This document shows positions 61,953 through 64,000 of a stretch of DNA of 64,000 nt, piece after piece; within the stretch, counting starts at the first letter, position 1; every line of letters begins with the position of its first letter. The position numbers were made by a program, and so were the translations under genes. The notes under the pieces are model-generated. The model ran no database searches and had not been told where the DNA came from. It saw nothing but the letters and a program-made list of their open reading frames with translations. Source of the DNA: Acidobacteriota bacterium (lineage in GTDB: Bacteria > Acidobacteriota > CAIWXX01). The DNA is taken from contig JBFMAF010000055.1 of assembly GCA_040755995.1 (NCBI GenBank), positions 1 through 64,000 on the forward strand. Direction: 5' to 3'.

Positions 61953-64000
61953 CTAGAACTGCACCTTCATGAACGCCTTGATGCGTTGTTGCGCGAACTC
62001 GCGCTTCATCAGGCTGTTCCAGCCACCCCATGGGTTCATGAAACCGGGTGATCCCACTGGGACGTGGACATTCTTGGCAGTTTCCTCGCTGGCGTACTGC
62101 ACAACGAACCCATCGCCGAAATCCGGTTCGAACGTCCCGAATGCATACATGTATTCGAACCCCAGCTCAGCGCCCGCCAGATTGTACTTGGCCTTGATCT
62201 CCAGCTTGTTCTTGTGGTGCTTGCCGGATGCCATCTCATGCAGCTTGTAGGCCATGAAGGCAGTGTTCCCGTCCTTCAGGTCTGCGTTGTAGTACTCGTA
62301 CTGAATCAAGCTGTAGAGGTCGTTGGAGAGCTGATAGCCGGCGCCGACCAGGAGCATCATGTAGGACAGGTCGCGGTCGTCATCACTGATCGAGTTGAAA
62401 GGCTTCCACTGGTAACCCGTGACGCCATTGACCGTGATAGTCGGGGGAGCTGGCCAGACGGCAGAGGACGTGTTGTTGCCGTAATAGTAGTTGACCGAGC
62501 CGTCGGGCTTGTAGGGAAGGTACCTGGTATCGTCCATACGGTTGTCTTGTTCACTGATGAACTTGACCTTCCCGAAGAGATCCACACCCTTGCCGACATT
62601 TGCGAGGTACTTGAACTTGCCGAGCGCGATCTGAGTCTTCTTGTCCTGGAACGGCGCGTAGGCGGACCGGAAGTTGTGGCCGACACCGGTGTCTAGCTCG
62701 GCTGCCGGCCAGTCGGTATTCTCCAATGAGCGCGTGTCATCGCCCCAGGCCTGCCAGTTGGTGTCGTAAGTGAGGTAGGTGTACTCGCCTGCCAGGTCGA
62801 AGCCGGCCTTCGATAGGGTCGGGACAATGGTCAGGCCCTGCCAGCCGATGCACGTTTCGGCCATCGGTTCGTCGAAGTCGGTGAACTCGTTGTCGACGTT
62901 GAGTGTCGCCACCTGCTGGGCGTTGCCGTCCCAACCGCCGTATCCGATGCGGGTCGCATTGCCACCCCAGATCCCATATGAGGCGTTGGACGGGCCCGGG
63001 AACGCCCAGGTAGAATCATGGCCCTCGGTCAGCAGCACGTCGTTCTCACGCCGTGAAGCCATGATCGAGGTGTACCCTGCGCCGATGCTGAATCCCTCGA
63101 CGTTGAGCGAGAACCCTGCATCGAACGGGTCATTCAGGTCGAAATTGATCCTGAACGCTTCATCCTGATGCTTTCCCAAGGGCACCGGAGAATACCCATT
63201 AATGCCGAAGTGGTCCCACGGAAGGTACTTGGGGTCGCTCTTCACATCCGAGTAGTAGATAAGGCCTCGAACATCCATCTTCGGGCTCGGATGCACGCCG
63301 ACCTTTCCACCCAGGACCCAGTTGCGGGAGCGCATAGCCAGGTCCCTGCCGTCGTCCCAATCGTAATCCTTCGCGTTGATCTCCTGATCGTTGACGTATT
63401 CGAAGATCCCGCCGAAGTCGATCTTGTCGGTGGCCACGTACTTCGTCTGCAGCCCATATGCCGCGTCCGACGCGTGGTACGTGCCGGTGCTCCAGTTCGG
63501 CCCGGCCCAGAGCTTCGGCAACGAAATCCTGGCGGCATCCCAGGTCCATCTGCGGTCCATGCCAGATCCCTGGAACAGGAGGCCGGAAGCGTTATCGCGG
63601 TCGATGTAACGGATGCGGCCTATGACGAATGGATCGAACATGCCCCAGTCACTCGCGCCGATTGTGGCCGAGTTGATCCAACTGTATCCCGGCGTCAGTG
63701 TCACTGCGACGCCACGGAGCTTCACGTACTGATTCGAACGGGGATCGAATTCGCCGCAGTCCCCGGATGTGCATGGGTTCTGAATGTCGCTCCTGCCGCC
63801 CCACCCGCCGAAGTTGGTCCAGAAGTTCTGGCTGAAACGGCTATGCAGACGGCCTTTGACTTCGACCTGCTTGGAAAGCTTTGCGTTGATCAGGAGCTCG
63901 ACTTCCGAGCCCTGGCCGTTGTCGCCCCAACCCTCGCCCGGAACCGTCGTGAAATTGTACAGGCTTCCCTGGTCCCGCTGGTTGCCCCAGAGCCACTTCG
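61953..64000 (-). CDS. Outer-membrane beta-barrel protein (5'-partial), putative carbohydrate channel
   Basis: Frame stays open from 63725 to the window edge (KWLWGNQRDQG...NQYVKLRG); alternating-strand patterns, W/Y/D/N-rich; ends in IKAFMKVQF (C-terminal Phe). Confidence 0.8.
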   Translation of the reverse strand, partial: KWLWGNQRDQGSLYNFTTVPGEGWGDNGQGSEVELLINAKLSKQVEVKGRLHSRFSQNFWTNFGGWGGRSDIQNPCTSGDCGEFDPRSNQYVKLRGVAVTLTPGYSWINSATIGASDWGMFDPFVIGRIRYIDRDNASGLLFQGSGMDRRWTWDAARISLPKLWAGPNWSTGTYHASDAAYGLQTKYVATDKIDFGGIFEYVNDQEINAKDYDWDDGRDLAMRSRNWVLGGKVGVHPSPKMDVRGLIYYSDVKSDPKYLPWDHFGINGYSPVPLGKHQDEAFRINFDLNDPFDAGFSLNVEGFSIGAGYTSIMASRRENDVLLTEGHDSTWAFPGPSNASYGIWGGNATRIGYGGWDGNAQQVATLNVDNEFTDFDEPMAETCIGWQGLTIVPTLSKAGFDLAGEYTYLTYDTNWQAWGDDTRSLENTDWPAAELDTGVGHNFRSAYAPFQDKKTQIALGKFKYLANVGKGVDLFGKVKFISEQDNRMDDTRYLPYKPDGSVNYYYGNNTSSAVWPAPPTITVNGVTGYQWKPFNSISDDDRDLSYMMLLVGAGYQLSNDLYSLIQYEYYNADLKDGNTAFMAYKLHEMASGKHHKNKLEIKAKYNLAGAELGFEYMYAFGTFEPDFGDGFVVQYASEETAKNVHVPVGSPGFMNPWGGWNSLMKREFAQQRIKAFMKVQF

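Overview
GC-rich bacterial chromosomal window from a diderm. The acidobacterial-type VWA protein, PKD style and envelope kinases suggest Acidobacteriota (inference). It holds about 40 CDS and no rRNA, tRNA, CRISPR array or intact mobile element that I can see. Main blocks: (1) surface/envelope proteins at 0.4-9.2 kb (TolB-like propeller with an apparently circularly permuted PKD domain, FGE-domain protein, FadL-like barrel fused to CsgG/FlgT-like domains, exported TPR protein, tandem double Ser/Thr kinase); (2) an amino-sugar/glycosylation cluster; (3) metabolic genes (NDH-2, Kgd/OdhA-type 2-oxoglutarate dehydrogenase, M29 peptidase, DEAD helicase, radical SAM, reversed HADH-ECH fusion plus atypical thiolase); (4) signalling and transport (PAS kinase, SulP, STAS, APC permease); (5) the start of a maltodextrin locus with an unclassified outer-membrane barrel running off the right edge. 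Best novelty candidates: an acetolactate-synthase-like ThDP enzyme followed by a divergent acetolactate-decarboxylase-fold Zn protein with an altered active site and possible export; the barrel-CsgG/FlgT + TPR + double-kinase envelope module; a promoter-anchored ~83-nt structured ncRNA candidate at 24647-24729; and a recurrent pattern of collapsed gene remnants (ends kept, middles deleted), with all three toxin genes broken. Family calls are by motif recognition only; no searches were run.
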